This document shows positions 37,961 through 45,822 of a stretch of DNA of 45,822 nt, piece after piece. Where the stretch lies: the NCBI GenBank assembly GCA_964464765.1, contig CAYXJU010000003.1:1-45822 (forward strand), read 5' to 3'. Both the position numbers and the translations under genes were made by a program. Within the stretch, counting starts at the first letter, position 1. Each line of letters starts with the position of its first letter. The DNA comes from an uncultured Candidatus Bathyarchaeia archaeon. Its GTDB lineage: Archaea; Thermoproteota; Bathyarchaeia; 40CM-2-53-6; CAVXDP01. The notes under the pieces are model-generated. The model did no database searches and was not told where the DNA came from. It worked only from the letters and a program-made list of their open reading frames with translations.

Positions 37961-39328
37961 ATGACTAAGCCACGCAGCTCCGTCGAAGGAATTGGATGTC
38001 ACAGAATAGATGTGAATGGGTGGATAAGGCTTCATCTTGAGGGCACACCCTTTGAGATAGGCTATGGCCATGGTTTCCTATTGGCCAACGAGATAATAGA
38101 AGCCGTTAGGCTATCGAAAGCTTACGGAGAAAATGTCTACAAAAGGCCTTGGTCCTTTTTTAGAAAGGCAGCGGATGAGCTGTACCTACCAAAGACTCCG
38201 CAGAATCAGAGAGATGAGATGAAAGGGATACTCAGCGGAATCAGAGGAAGACGCATCAAGAAGATAGATCTGATAGACATAGTGGCAATAAACGGCCTTC
38301 TCGACACTTTCTCATACCACTATTGGCTTAGCGGTTACGAGAAGACGCAGAAAGGTCCAGGTGGACACTGCAGCGCCTTCATCGCGACAGGTGGAGCAAC
38401 AAAGAACGGCCAGATAATCATGGCTCACAATACATGGCTCGGGTACATCTTGGGTTCCACTTACAATGTCATAGTCAGCATCAAGCCTTCCAAAGGAAAT
38501 GAGATTCTCTTCCAGAGTTGGCCGGGATCAATTCAAGGATCCGGCATCGACTGGTACATCAATAGCAGTGGATTGATGGTTACCAATACAACCATTGGAG
38601 GGATACTAACGTTCAAAGAAGAGGGAACACCGTATTTCGTTCGGGCGAGGAAGGCCATCCAAGAGGCTCAATCCACAGATCAGTGGCTGAAGATCATGTT
38701 GCGAGATAACAATGGCGGAGATGCAAGCGACTGGCTTGTGGGAGATGCGAAAACAGGAGAGATCACATGGTTTGAACTAGGCACTGATCATCATGCTATC
38801 AAAAGAACGTTCGATGGTACTTTCGTTAGCTGCAATTTGAGTCTTGATTCAAAAGTAAGAACAGAAACCAATGTTGACTACAATGACATGTCCACTTCTT
38901 CAGCGTCAAGACACGCAAGATGGGAACAACTGATGGAACAGTATAAAGGTCAGATTGATATTGAGTATGCAAAACAGTTCTTGGCAGATCACTTTGATTG
39001 CTCATTGAACCGAGATTCTCCGAACAGGGGAACGCTCTGTGGCCACGTGGAGGACGACAAGAGAGGATGGCCGGAGTGGGAATGTGGCCCCAACTATCCT
39101 GCCGGAACGGTAGATGGAAAAACTACAAGTACCTTTCTGACGCTTCAAGGAAGCACTTGGGCACGTTGGGGGAAACCCTGTGGTACCGACTTTCTTTCCA
39201 CGGAATTCCTCAAGACTCACCCAGAGTACTCTTGGATGCAACCCTACTTGCGAGATCTAATCTCTTATCCATGGACCCTTTTCTCTGTCTATCCTCACTG
39301 GCCAAAGAAAGGAAGAACACATCACTGA
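37961..39328 (+). CDS. Cys-type Ntn hydrolase (C45 / phospholipase B-like)
   Basis: GWIRLHLEGTPFEIGYGHG, autoprocessing GGH/CSAFIATG, AHNTW, NNGG; no signal peptide; start uncertain (37874 or 37961). Confidence 0.85.
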   Translation: MTKPRSSVEGIGCHRIDVNGWIRLHLEGTPFEIGYGHGFLLANEIIEAVRLSKAYGENVYKRPWSFFRKAADELYLPKTPQNQRDEMKGILSGIRGRRIKKIDLIDIVAINGLLDTFSYHYWLSGYEKTQKGPGGHCSAFIATGGATKNGQIIMAHNTWLGYILGSTYNVIVSIKPSKGNEILFQSWPGSIQGSGIDWYINSSGLMVTNTTIGGILTFKEEGTPYFVRARKAIQEAQSTDQWLKIMLRDNNGGDASDWLVGDAKTGEITWFELGTDHHAIKRTFDGTFVSCNLSLDSKVRTETNVDYNDMSTSSASRHARWEQLMEQYKGQIDIEYAKQFLADHFDCSLNRDSPNRGTLCGHVEDDKRGWPEWECGPNYPAGTVDGKTTSTFLTLQGSTWARWGKPCGTDFLSTEFLKTHPEYSWMQPYLRDLISYPWTLFSVYPHWPKKGRTHH

Positions 39329-39344
39329 CTTCATTTTTTGACAG

Positions 39345-40535
39345 TCAGATGATGCCCAATTCCTTTCCAATCTTCTCAAGTTTTGAAATTGCTAATTCAA
39401 GATCCTCTCTCATCAAAGCTGCATTCATTATGGTTCTGATACGAGCTTTGTCTCTAGCTACCATAGGGAAGACTATCGGTAACGCGAAAACCCCCTCTTG
39501 GAACAACCTGTCACTCATCCTTCTGGCCAAACTGCTTTCACCGACAATTACAGGCGTTATTGGTGTCTCACTTATTCCTATGTCAAATCCCAGCTCCTTT
39601 AGTGCCTTTTTGAAGAAGTTCGTATTGTTCCAAAGATTCTTAACATGCTCTGGTTCGTTTTCAAGGACGTCCAATGCAGCTATTGATGCGGCTGCCACTG
39701 CTGGCGGATGCGATCCACTCAGCAGCCAAGTTCTGGATTTGTTGTAGGCAAAATTGATCAAGTCTCCACTACCAGAAACATATCCTCCTACTACACCAAA
39801 TGCCTTGGAAAACGTTCCCATTTCCACATGCACCTTGCCCTCCAGATTGAAATGAGAAGTTATCCCTCTACCCTTGTCTCCAAGTACTCCATCTCCGTGA
39901 GCGTCATCAACATAGGTCATCGCCCCATATCCTTCTGCAAGAGAAACAATCTTGTCGAGGGGTGCGATATCACCGTCCATGCTGAAAACCCCATCGCTGA
40001 CGATCAATATCCTACGGTAATTCTTCTTTTCAGCTTCCTCAAGCACCTTTCCCAGATCATCCATATTCCTGTGTTTGTATACAGTGCGCTCCGCGTAGCT
40101 AAGACGCACACCATCTATGATGCTGCCATGATTCAATTCATCACTTATTATGATGTCACCCTTTCCAACGAGTTGAGGTATAAGACCCGCGTTGGCTGCA
40201 AACCCTGTCTGATAGGCTAGAGCAGCCTCGGTACGCTTGAATTGTGCAATTCTCTTCTCAAGTTCAATGTGCAGTGTCATGTTACCTGCTATCGCTCTAA
40301 CCGATCCTGATCCAGCGCCGTACTTTCTAACGGCCTCAATAGCTGCCTTCTTTACCTCAGGATGATTGGTCAGACCCAAATAGTTGTTCGAGCAAAGCAT
40401 CAGAACATTCTTTCCATCAACCTTGCATCGTGGTGTGCTCGCACCCTCAAGCACGTGCAGCTTCCAATTGAGCGACTTCTCAACTAGTTCCTTGTATTCT
40501 TCTTTGAGGAAACTTCTGGGATCTCTCACCTTCAT
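39345..40535 (-). CDS. kbl: Glycine C-acetyltransferase (2-amino-3-ketobutyrate CoA ligase)
   Basis: CSNNYLGL, GSGSVR, SDELNHGSIIDG, DGVFSMDGD, DDAHG, GTFSKA, KARIR; downstream of tdh. Confidence 0.92.
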   Translation of the reverse strand: MKVRDPRSFLKEEYKELVEKSLNWKLHVLEGASTPRCKVDGKNVLMLCSNNYLGLTNHPEVKKAAIEAVRKYGAGSGSVRAIAGNMTLHIELEKRIAQFKRTEAALAYQTGFAANAGLIPQLVGKGDIIISDELNHGSIIDGVRLSYAERTVYKHRNMDDLGKVLEEAEKKNYRRILIVSDGVFSMDGDIAPLDKIVSLAEGYGAMTYVDDAHGDGVLGDKGRGITSHFNLEGKVHVEMGTFSKAFGVVGGYVSGSGDLINFAYNKSRTWLLSGSHPPAVAAASIAALDVLENEPEHVKNLWNNTNFFKKALKELGFDIGISETPITPVIVGESSLARRMSDRLFQEGVFALPIVFPMVARDKARIRTIMNAALMREDLELAISKLEKIGKELGII

Positions 40536-40567
40536 CTCTCCTCTTCAATTTCAGATTTAATAACGAA

Positions 40568-40584
40568 TAAGCAAGATTTGCTTA
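40568..40584. promoter_or_regulatory. Perfect 7-3-7 palindrome upstream of kbl
   Basis: TAAGCAA-GAT-TTGCTTA about 33 nt upstream of kbl ATG, next to a TATTAAA box on the minus strand. Confidence 0.45.
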
Positions 40585-40631
40585 ATCAAATAGATTCTTT
40601 TCTAATGACTACTTAAAGGGAAATCACCTTA

Positions 40632-40748
40632 CTAGACGATAGTTGTCTCCCCTCCCTTCTGTTGAGACCTCGCAACCACTTTGGCTCCTTCTTTCGCAAT
40701 ATCGCCACCTTCCCATGGAGTCTCAATTGTTTTCACCAAGTTTGACAT
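40632..40748 (-). pseudogene. Possible degraded SDR oxidoreductase fragment
   Basis: 38-aa ORF containing IAKEGAKVVA...KGGET, like the alphaB-betaB segment of classical SDRs. Confidence 0.4.
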
Positions 40749-40836
40749 AATATCCAATCAATGAAGGGTTATCTCAACTATGCAGCGATTCAAGATGACG
40801 TTTCGTTGATACTTTGCCGAAGAGCTTGTGAAGGAA

Positions 40837-41787
40837 TCATTTGGATAGTTTCTTGCGCAGTTTCTCTATCATATCCTCAGTCATTTTGTCAAGAGTGAAC
40901 ATAGGTCTCCAGTTCCATTCTTCTCTGGCAGCCGAATCGTCTAGCGAAGTGGGCCACGAATCCGCGATCGTTTGACGATAGTCAGGCTTGTATGTACATA
41001 CAAAACTCGGGATGATTTTTCCTATGGACTTCGCAAGTTCACCTGCAGAAAAGCTCATCGAGTTAACATTGAACACTCGATGTTTCAATCGTGATGCATC
41101 AATCATTGCCAAGTCGATAAGAGCTTTGATTGCATCCGGAATGTACATCATAGGTAAGACCGTATCCTCTCTGACAAAACATGTGTACGGCTTGTTCTTC
41201 ACTGCAGCGTAATACATTTCAACTGAGTAGTCTGTTGTGCCGCCTCCAGGTACAGCCTGACTGCTAATAATTCCGGGAAATCGTATGGAACGCGTGTCAA
41301 CTTTGTATTTGTGGAAGTAGTAGTCCTGCAATAGTTCACCACATACTTTCGTTATTCCATACATGGTTTTCGGCTGCATTATCGTGTCATTAGGCGTGTT
41401 AATCCTAGGGGCATCTGCACCGAACACCGCGATCGAACTTGCGGAGATCACCTTATCCAATCCGTGTTTTCGTGCAACTTCCAGTACATTGTATAAACCT
41501 CCCATGTTTACTTCATAGCAGAGCTGAGGATTCATTTCGCCGACAGCTGAAAGAATGGACGCCATGTGAAATATCATGTCTACATTTTCTTCAACGACTA
41601 CTCTTGCCAACTGCTCTCGATCTACCACATTCAAGTACCTGAATGGCCCCGAACTTCTGAATGCGTTCGTTGGCTTAGTCGTGTGACCGGCCGCTATTAC
41701 AGACTCTCTTCCATACTTTGCGCGCAGAGCTTGGACGAGTTCAGTTCCAATTTGCCCAACCGCACCGGTTACGAGTATCTTTTTCAA
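40837..41787 (-). CDS. tdh: L-threonine 3-dehydrogenase (SDR/GalE-like)
   Basis: TGAVGQIG, ILSAVGE, SSIAVFG, YGITK, PGGGTTDY, LPMMY, RQTIADSWP. Confidence 0.92.
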   Translation of the reverse strand: MKKILVTGAVGQIGTELVQALRAKYGRESVIAAGHTTKPTNAFRSSGPFRYLNVVDREQLARVVVEENVDMIFHMASILSAVGEMNPQLCYEVNMGGLYNVLEVARKHGLDKVISASSIAVFGADAPRINTPNDTIMQPKTMYGITKVCGELLQDYYFHKYKVDTRSIRFPGIISSQAVPGGGTTDYSVEMYYAAVKNKPYTCFVREDTVLPMMYIPDAIKALIDLAMIDASRLKHRVFNVNSMSFSAGELAKSIGKIIPSFVCTYKPDYRQTIADSWPTSLDDSAAREEWNWRPMFTLDKMTEDMIEKLRKKLSK

Positions 41788-41900
41788 TAAGATCGCAACC
41801 TCTTTGGTTTACTAATTGCACCGACACTCCTTGGTATGACTTCAATATGTGATGTATTTCATCGTATTTCCCATAATAAAGTTACGTCTGACGCCCATTA

Positions 41901-41917
41901 CCTTAACTAAGTTAAGG
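41901..41917. promoter_or_regulatory. Perfect 7-3-7 palindrome in tdh/adh divergent region
   Basis: CCTTAAC-TAA-GTTAAGG about 15 nt upstream of a TTTAAGTA TATA-like box. Confidence 0.45.
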
Positions 41918-41974
41918 GCTCCATAGCTAGACTTTAAGTAGCTTGAAGAAACCTAATACAACGGAAGTGGGAAC

Positions 41975-43012
41975 ATGGTCAAGGTTCTAGCAGCACGCTA
42001 TTATGAACCTCGCAAACCTTTGAGACTTGAACAAGTGGAACTTCCAAAAGTGGGAGATGATGATGTACTTGTTAAGATAAGGGCGGCAGGTGTCTGTCAC
42101 TCTGACTTGCACACGATTAATGGCCTTTTCCCCCCGGCAAAGTCTCCTCCAATAACACTTGGTCACGAAATGTCGGGAATTGTTGAAGAGAAAGGCAAGA
42201 ATGTTGAGAAGGTTGAAATCGGCGATCATGTGGGAGCAGATTACGTTCTCAGCTGCGGTACATGTAGCTACTGTATTGCTGGAAAAGACAATCTATGCGA
42301 CAATTTCAAGGTCATGGCTGTCAACGCTGACGGAGCATGGACCGAAAAGATTGTGGTTCCACAACGTCATATCCACAAGCTTCCGCGAAATGTCGATTTT
42401 CCTGAAGGGGCAATAATGAACTGTGCGGTAATGACTTCTTATCACGCGTTGAAACTCGCACAAGTCTCGGCGGGAGATACAGTCTTAGTGTACGGACTTG
42501 GAGGAGTTGGGATCAATGCAATACAGTGGGCAAAGATCTTTGGCGCCACCGAAATCATTGGCGTCGACATGGAAGAAGGTAAACTGGAGCTTGCCAAGAA
42601 GATGGGAGCTACAGCTACTGTCAATCCAAAGAAGGAAGATCCTGTACAACGCGTTCGTGAAATAACAGGCGGCGGAGTCGACATTGGTTTCGAAATAATT
42701 GGACTTGTAGACACCGTGAAGAAGATGATAGGATGTGTAAAGAAAGGCGGAAAGGCTGTCATGGTAGGGATGTGTTTCGACAACGTTCCTATCTCTCCTG
42801 TTAACGATGTGATGACGCCGGAGATCAGACTTATGAGCCCCCAAGACCATCTAAAGGCCGAGATCCCGCAAGTATTGAAATTCATCGAGAACGGACGATT
42901 CGACCTTTCACACTCAGTTAGCCACAAACTACCCCTCAAAGAAGTAAACGAAGGCGTCCGAATATTGAACGAGAGAATAGGAAACCCTGTTAGAGTAGTG
43001 CTAGAACCATAG
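41975..43012 (+). CDS. Zinc-dependent alcohol dehydrogenase (MDR family)
   Basis: GVCHSD, GHE, CGTCSYC...C structural Zn site, GLGGVG. Confidence 0.93.
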   Translation: MVKVLAARYYEPRKPLRLEQVELPKVGDDDVLVKIRAAGVCHSDLHTINGLFPPAKSPPITLGHEMSGIVEEKGKNVEKVEIGDHVGADYVLSCGTCSYCIAGKDNLCDNFKVMAVNADGAWTEKIVVPQRHIHKLPRNVDFPEGAIMNCAVMTSYHALKLAQVSAGDTVLVYGLGGVGINAIQWAKIFGATEIIGVDMEEGKLELAKKMGATATVNPKKEDPVQRVREITGGGVDIGFEIIGLVDTVKKMIGCVKKGGKAVMVGMCFDNVPISPVNDVMTPEIRLMSPQDHLKAEIPQVLKFIENGRFDLSHSVSHKLPLKEVNEGVRILNERIGNPVRVVLEP

Positions 43013-43138
43013 ACAAACGTTAATCTGGCAGGGAATTTTCATCTACTTTTGAATAGGCAACGCAGGCGAAGTGTGCACCCTAATATCCTGATGCAGAAAA
43101 CCTATTCGAATCATGAATAGTGGGTTAGTCTAACATTA

Positions 43139-43159
43139 CAAAAAAAACAAAAGAAAAAG
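43139..43159 (-). terminator. T-rich terminator candidate after ssb
   Basis: Minus strand ctttttcttttgtttttttt about 20 nt after ssb stop. Confidence 0.55.
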
Positions 43160-43179
43160 TCAGAGAATTGCAGAAGATT

Positions 43180-43680
43180 CTAGAATCTTCGTCTTCTTCC
43201 TCGGAATCCTCCGCCACCGCCGCGTCCGCCTCGTCCTCCTCCGCGATATCCTCCGTCATCTCGATAGCTTGGGCGGAAGCTTGGATACCTACGTTCCTGC
43301 TCAAACTTTTTGTCGGATAGGTTGTTCTTGTCGTTGACTTCTGCGATGCTTCCCTGAGAAGCTTCGAAACTGCCAAACCTTCCGATGTTTAGTCGCATGG
43401 AACCTTTGAAGAGAGAGACATAGCCATTCTTAACGTCGATCACGTCGCCTTCCTTGACCTTGTCGATGTTGTCATCCCACAGAGTCATATAGATGGAGCC
43501 TGTCTCGTCTGCAACGAGTGCATCGGAAACTTTATGGGATGTACCATCGGTTCGAGAGACTGTCTCTCTGACCTCACCTTTCGAAACAACCTTCACCGTT
43601 AGGTTCAGCTGTCTCGATTGTGGATTCAGACCTTCTACTTTAACGCTCGCCGGTGTCGGCGGCTGTTCTGGGTACGACAT
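43180..43680 (-). CDS. ssb: Single-stranded DNA-binding protein, crenarchaeal type (single OB fold plus RGG tail)
   Basis: NLTVKV, VADETGSI, TLWD, NGYVSLFKGSMRLNIGRFG; Gly/Arg-rich C-terminus. Confidence 0.92.
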   Translation of the reverse strand: MSYPEQPPTPASVKVEGLNPQSRQLNLTVKVVSKGEVRETVSRTDGTSHKVSDALVADETGSIYMTLWDDNIDKVKEGDVIDVKNGYVSLFKGSMRLNIGRFGSFEASQGSIAEVNDKNNLSDKKFEQERRYPSFRPSYRDDGGYRGGGRGGRGGGGGFRGRRRRF

Positions 43681-43864
43681 ATCTGGTTGCACTCACCTTA
43701 AGGATGGGCTCTCAAGAGTTGGTGAGCCCTCTTAAGGATTATGTTTGGATGAAAGGAGTGATCATGACCGCTACTAGAATAAACTGAGACTTCAGTTGCA
43801 ATTAGGAATAGAGTTTCCGATGAAATGTTGAGTTGGGAACTGGTGTTGTGAAGAAGTTCTGCGC

Positions 43865-44839
43865 CTAAAGTGGAACCTCGATGAACAGGCGTTCCAAGAG
43901 TTCTTTGTATCTGTTTCTAATCGTAACTTCTGTGACGTTGGCTATCTCAGCTATCTCTCTTTGAGTCTTTCTTTCATTCATGAGGACTGTGGCTATGTAA
44001 GTTGCGGCTGCGGCTATTCCAGTGGGTCCTCGTCCACTCGTCAACTTCATCTGTTTAGCGATCTCCAAAATTCTTATCGCTATAGCTTCAGCCTTTCCTG
44101 AGACGATGAGTTTGTTTGAGAAACGGGCTGCGTAGTTTCGACTGGTTGATGGTGGAACGAAAGTTTCGAGTTCACGAACCATGAAACGATAGCTTCGTCC
44201 TATGTCCTTCTTGTTCAAAGTGGATGCGGTAGCGATCTCATCAAGTGTGCGTGGTACCCCGCACTGTCGACAACTCATGTAAACGGCTGCGGCTGTAACG
44301 TTGTGAATAGATCTTCCTCTAATTAGTCGTTTCTTTATGGCCTTCCTATAGACCACTGAAGCTGTCTCAACAATATTCTTGGGGAGGTTTAGTGCAGATG
44401 CAATCTTGCTTAATTCGGATAGTGCGACTGCGAGATTTCTTTCGGTGGCATCTGAAACTCTTACTCGTCGCTGCCATTTTCTCAGTCGGTAGAGTTCCAT
44501 TCTTTGAGCCGGATCGAATTTCTTTCCAACTGCGCGTTTGTCTCGCCAGTCGATTACTGTTGAAAGCCCTTTGTCGTGAATTGTGTAGGTGAGTGGAGCT
44601 CCAACTCTTGTTCGTTTGGTTTTCTGTTCGTCATCAAATGCCCTCCACTCGGGGCCTGGGTTACTCAATTTCTCTGCGATTACGCATCCGCATGCCATGC
44701 AGACAACTTCAGCCGCATCGTAGTCACGCATCAATTTGGAGCTGCCGCATTCTGGGCATGCCCGCAGTTTTGATTGATTTGGATTTATGGTAGTAACTTC
44801 TTCTAGTCCTGGGTCTTCTGACAATATCTCACCATTCAC
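43865..44839 (-). CDS. tfb: Transcription initiation factor IIB
   Basis: CPECGS...CMACG ribbon, GPEWRAF, HDKGLST, RGRS, TQREIA, VTEVTIRNRYKEL. Confidence 0.97.
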   Translation of the reverse strand: MNGEILSEDPGLEEVTTINPNQSKLRACPECGSSKLMRDYDAAEVVCMACGCVIAEKLSNPGPEWRAFDDEQKTKRTRVGAPLTYTIHDKGLSTVIDWRDKRAVGKKFDPAQRMELYRLRKWQRRVRVSDATERNLAVALSELSKIASALNLPKNIVETASVVYRKAIKKRLIRGRSIHNVTAAAVYMSCRQCGVPRTLDEIATASTLNKKDIGRSYRFMVRELETFVPPSTSRNYAARFSNKLIVSGKAEAIAIRILEIAKQMKLTSGRGPTGIAAAATYIATVLMNERKTQREIAEIANVTEVTIRNRYKELLERLFIEVPL

Positions 44840-45075
44840 GCCTTTTCATCGGAAGCGTACACGACTCTTCCAACTAGAGCGGAAGGCTCCGAGACTGTGG
44901 GTTTGATCGAAACGTAGGGATTCGCGACGGGACCGAAAGCGTCAAAGACAAAACCCACTTGTCTCAATTTGTTGTCGAAGATTTTTGTTCGCAATCGAGG
45001 CAATGAACCTGTTTCAAGTTTCAATATGAGGCTTCGGCTTTTTGATAGGTGAAGAATTTTACCGAGCCTCTTCAA
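44836..45075 (-). CDS. gar1: H/ACA RNP subunit Gar1
   Basis: (M)KRLGKILH...VGFVFDAFGPVANPYVSIKP; TTG after GGAGTGA; 4-nt overlap with tfb; the upstream extension in the ORF track is probably non-coding. Confidence 0.9.
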   Translation of the reverse strand: MKRLGKILHLSKSRSLILKLETGSLPRLRTKIFDNKLRQVGFVFDAFGPVANPYVSIKPTVSEPSALVGRVVYASDEKA

Positions 45076-45387
45076 TCTTGTGTATTCACTCCCCGACTGT
45101 TGAGGGACTGGAAGAGTAAGAATCAAAATATAAACGTAGCTTTGATATGCAACATTCACGTGAAAGGAGTATGGACTCGAGACAAGAAACACAGTGCATA
45201 TGTCAATGAGATGCACATAGGAAACTGTTTGCGAAGAGAATTTGTCTCGAATATGATCTGCGATACCATAGAAACTTTGCACAGAATTTTTTTCGGAAAT
45301 ATTCTATTTTATTTTTTGCGTTGAATGATGATTAACGCATGCAGAGGCCTATGAATTCGCTCGAATGTGAATTCCTTTTTTGACCCA

Positions 45388-45808
45388 ACACCTTGAGCGA
45401 TTGGGGGCAGCGGGCTAAACGCCTCGGCCGAAGCCTCGGCGCGCACACCCCTGCTCCATCAACCTTATCTTCTGTAAGAGCCCTCGTCCAGCCAATGGGC
45501 TTGTTACCAAGTCCTCAGGCTGGATCGGCCGCCTATTTTCGGGAGAGGCTTCGGGCTTAGATGCTTTCAGCCCTTATCCTCGATAACGTGGCTGCCCGGC
45601 AATGCCCTGTCGGACAACCGGTAAACTAGAGGTTACGATACCCCGTTCCTCTCGTACTAGGGGCGCCTTCCCCTCAGGCGACCAACACTCCCAGCAGGTA
45701 AAAACCGTCCTGTCTCGCGACGGACTAAACCCATCTCGCATTCCCCTTTGATCGGCGAACAGCCGCACCCTTGGACCCTGCTGCGGGCCCAGGATGGGAA
45801 GGGACGAC
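45388..45808 (-). rRNA. rrl: 23S rRNA, 3' part (end of domain V and domain VI)
   Basis: Sarcin-ricin loop AGTACGAGAGGAAC (about 45644-45658), A-loop GCTGTTCGCC, GGGCTGAAAGCATCTAAGC; 3' boundary approximate. Confidence 0.96.
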
Positions 45809-45822
45809 GACGGAGAACCAAT

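Noticed and set aside
43185-43262. GC-rich CCG/CCT repeats
   Set aside because: Encode the RGG tail of SSB
45574-45768. 64-aa ORF
   Set aside because: Lies within the 23S rRNA gene
1-45822. CRISPR arrays, transposases, integrases, tRNAs, Sec/Pyl read-through, and the many antisense ORFs in the track
   Set aside because: No spaced direct repeats, recombinase motifs, cloverleafs or homology continuing past a stop were seen; antisense ORFs overlap well-supported genes

Overview
Gene-dense archaeal chromosomal segment, most consistent with a TACK-lineage archaeon such as Bathyarchaeia. This is an inference from the crenarchaeal-type SSB, the gar1-tfb pair, a CFI-box-CTERM surface protein, GGTGA ribosome-binding sites and a 23S rRNA 3' end with no linked 5S gene. 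The window holds several surface/secreted proteins (including a 1219-aa membrane-anchored S8 protease), a nucleotide-recycling neighbourhood around AMP phosphorylase, alaX/OYE/leuB-type genes, bacterial-type cysK-cysE, a dapA-dapB-lysA-dapF-dapL lysine operon next to an Lrp regulator, and an amino-acid uptake/catabolism cluster (two Lrp proteins, an uncharacterised nucleotidyltransferase-like protein, APC permease, Cys-Ntn hydrolase, kbl, tdh, Zn-dehydrogenase). It ends with ssb, tfb, gar1 and the 3' ~435 nt of 23S rRNA. Signals outside the ORF track: a 55-aa protein with 17 Tyr and a strong RBS (2175-2342), a 40-aa hydrophobic microprotein (20078-20200), a probable ACG start codon for leuB, a motif shared by the Lrp and dapA promoters, several perfect promoter palindromes, two gene remnants, an enlarged helix 98 in the 23S rRNA, and loss of the universally conserved peptidyl-transferase sequence in the last 14 nt (possible intron or assembly end). 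No CRISPR array, tRNA or transposase was seen. All family calls are by motif recognition, without database searches.
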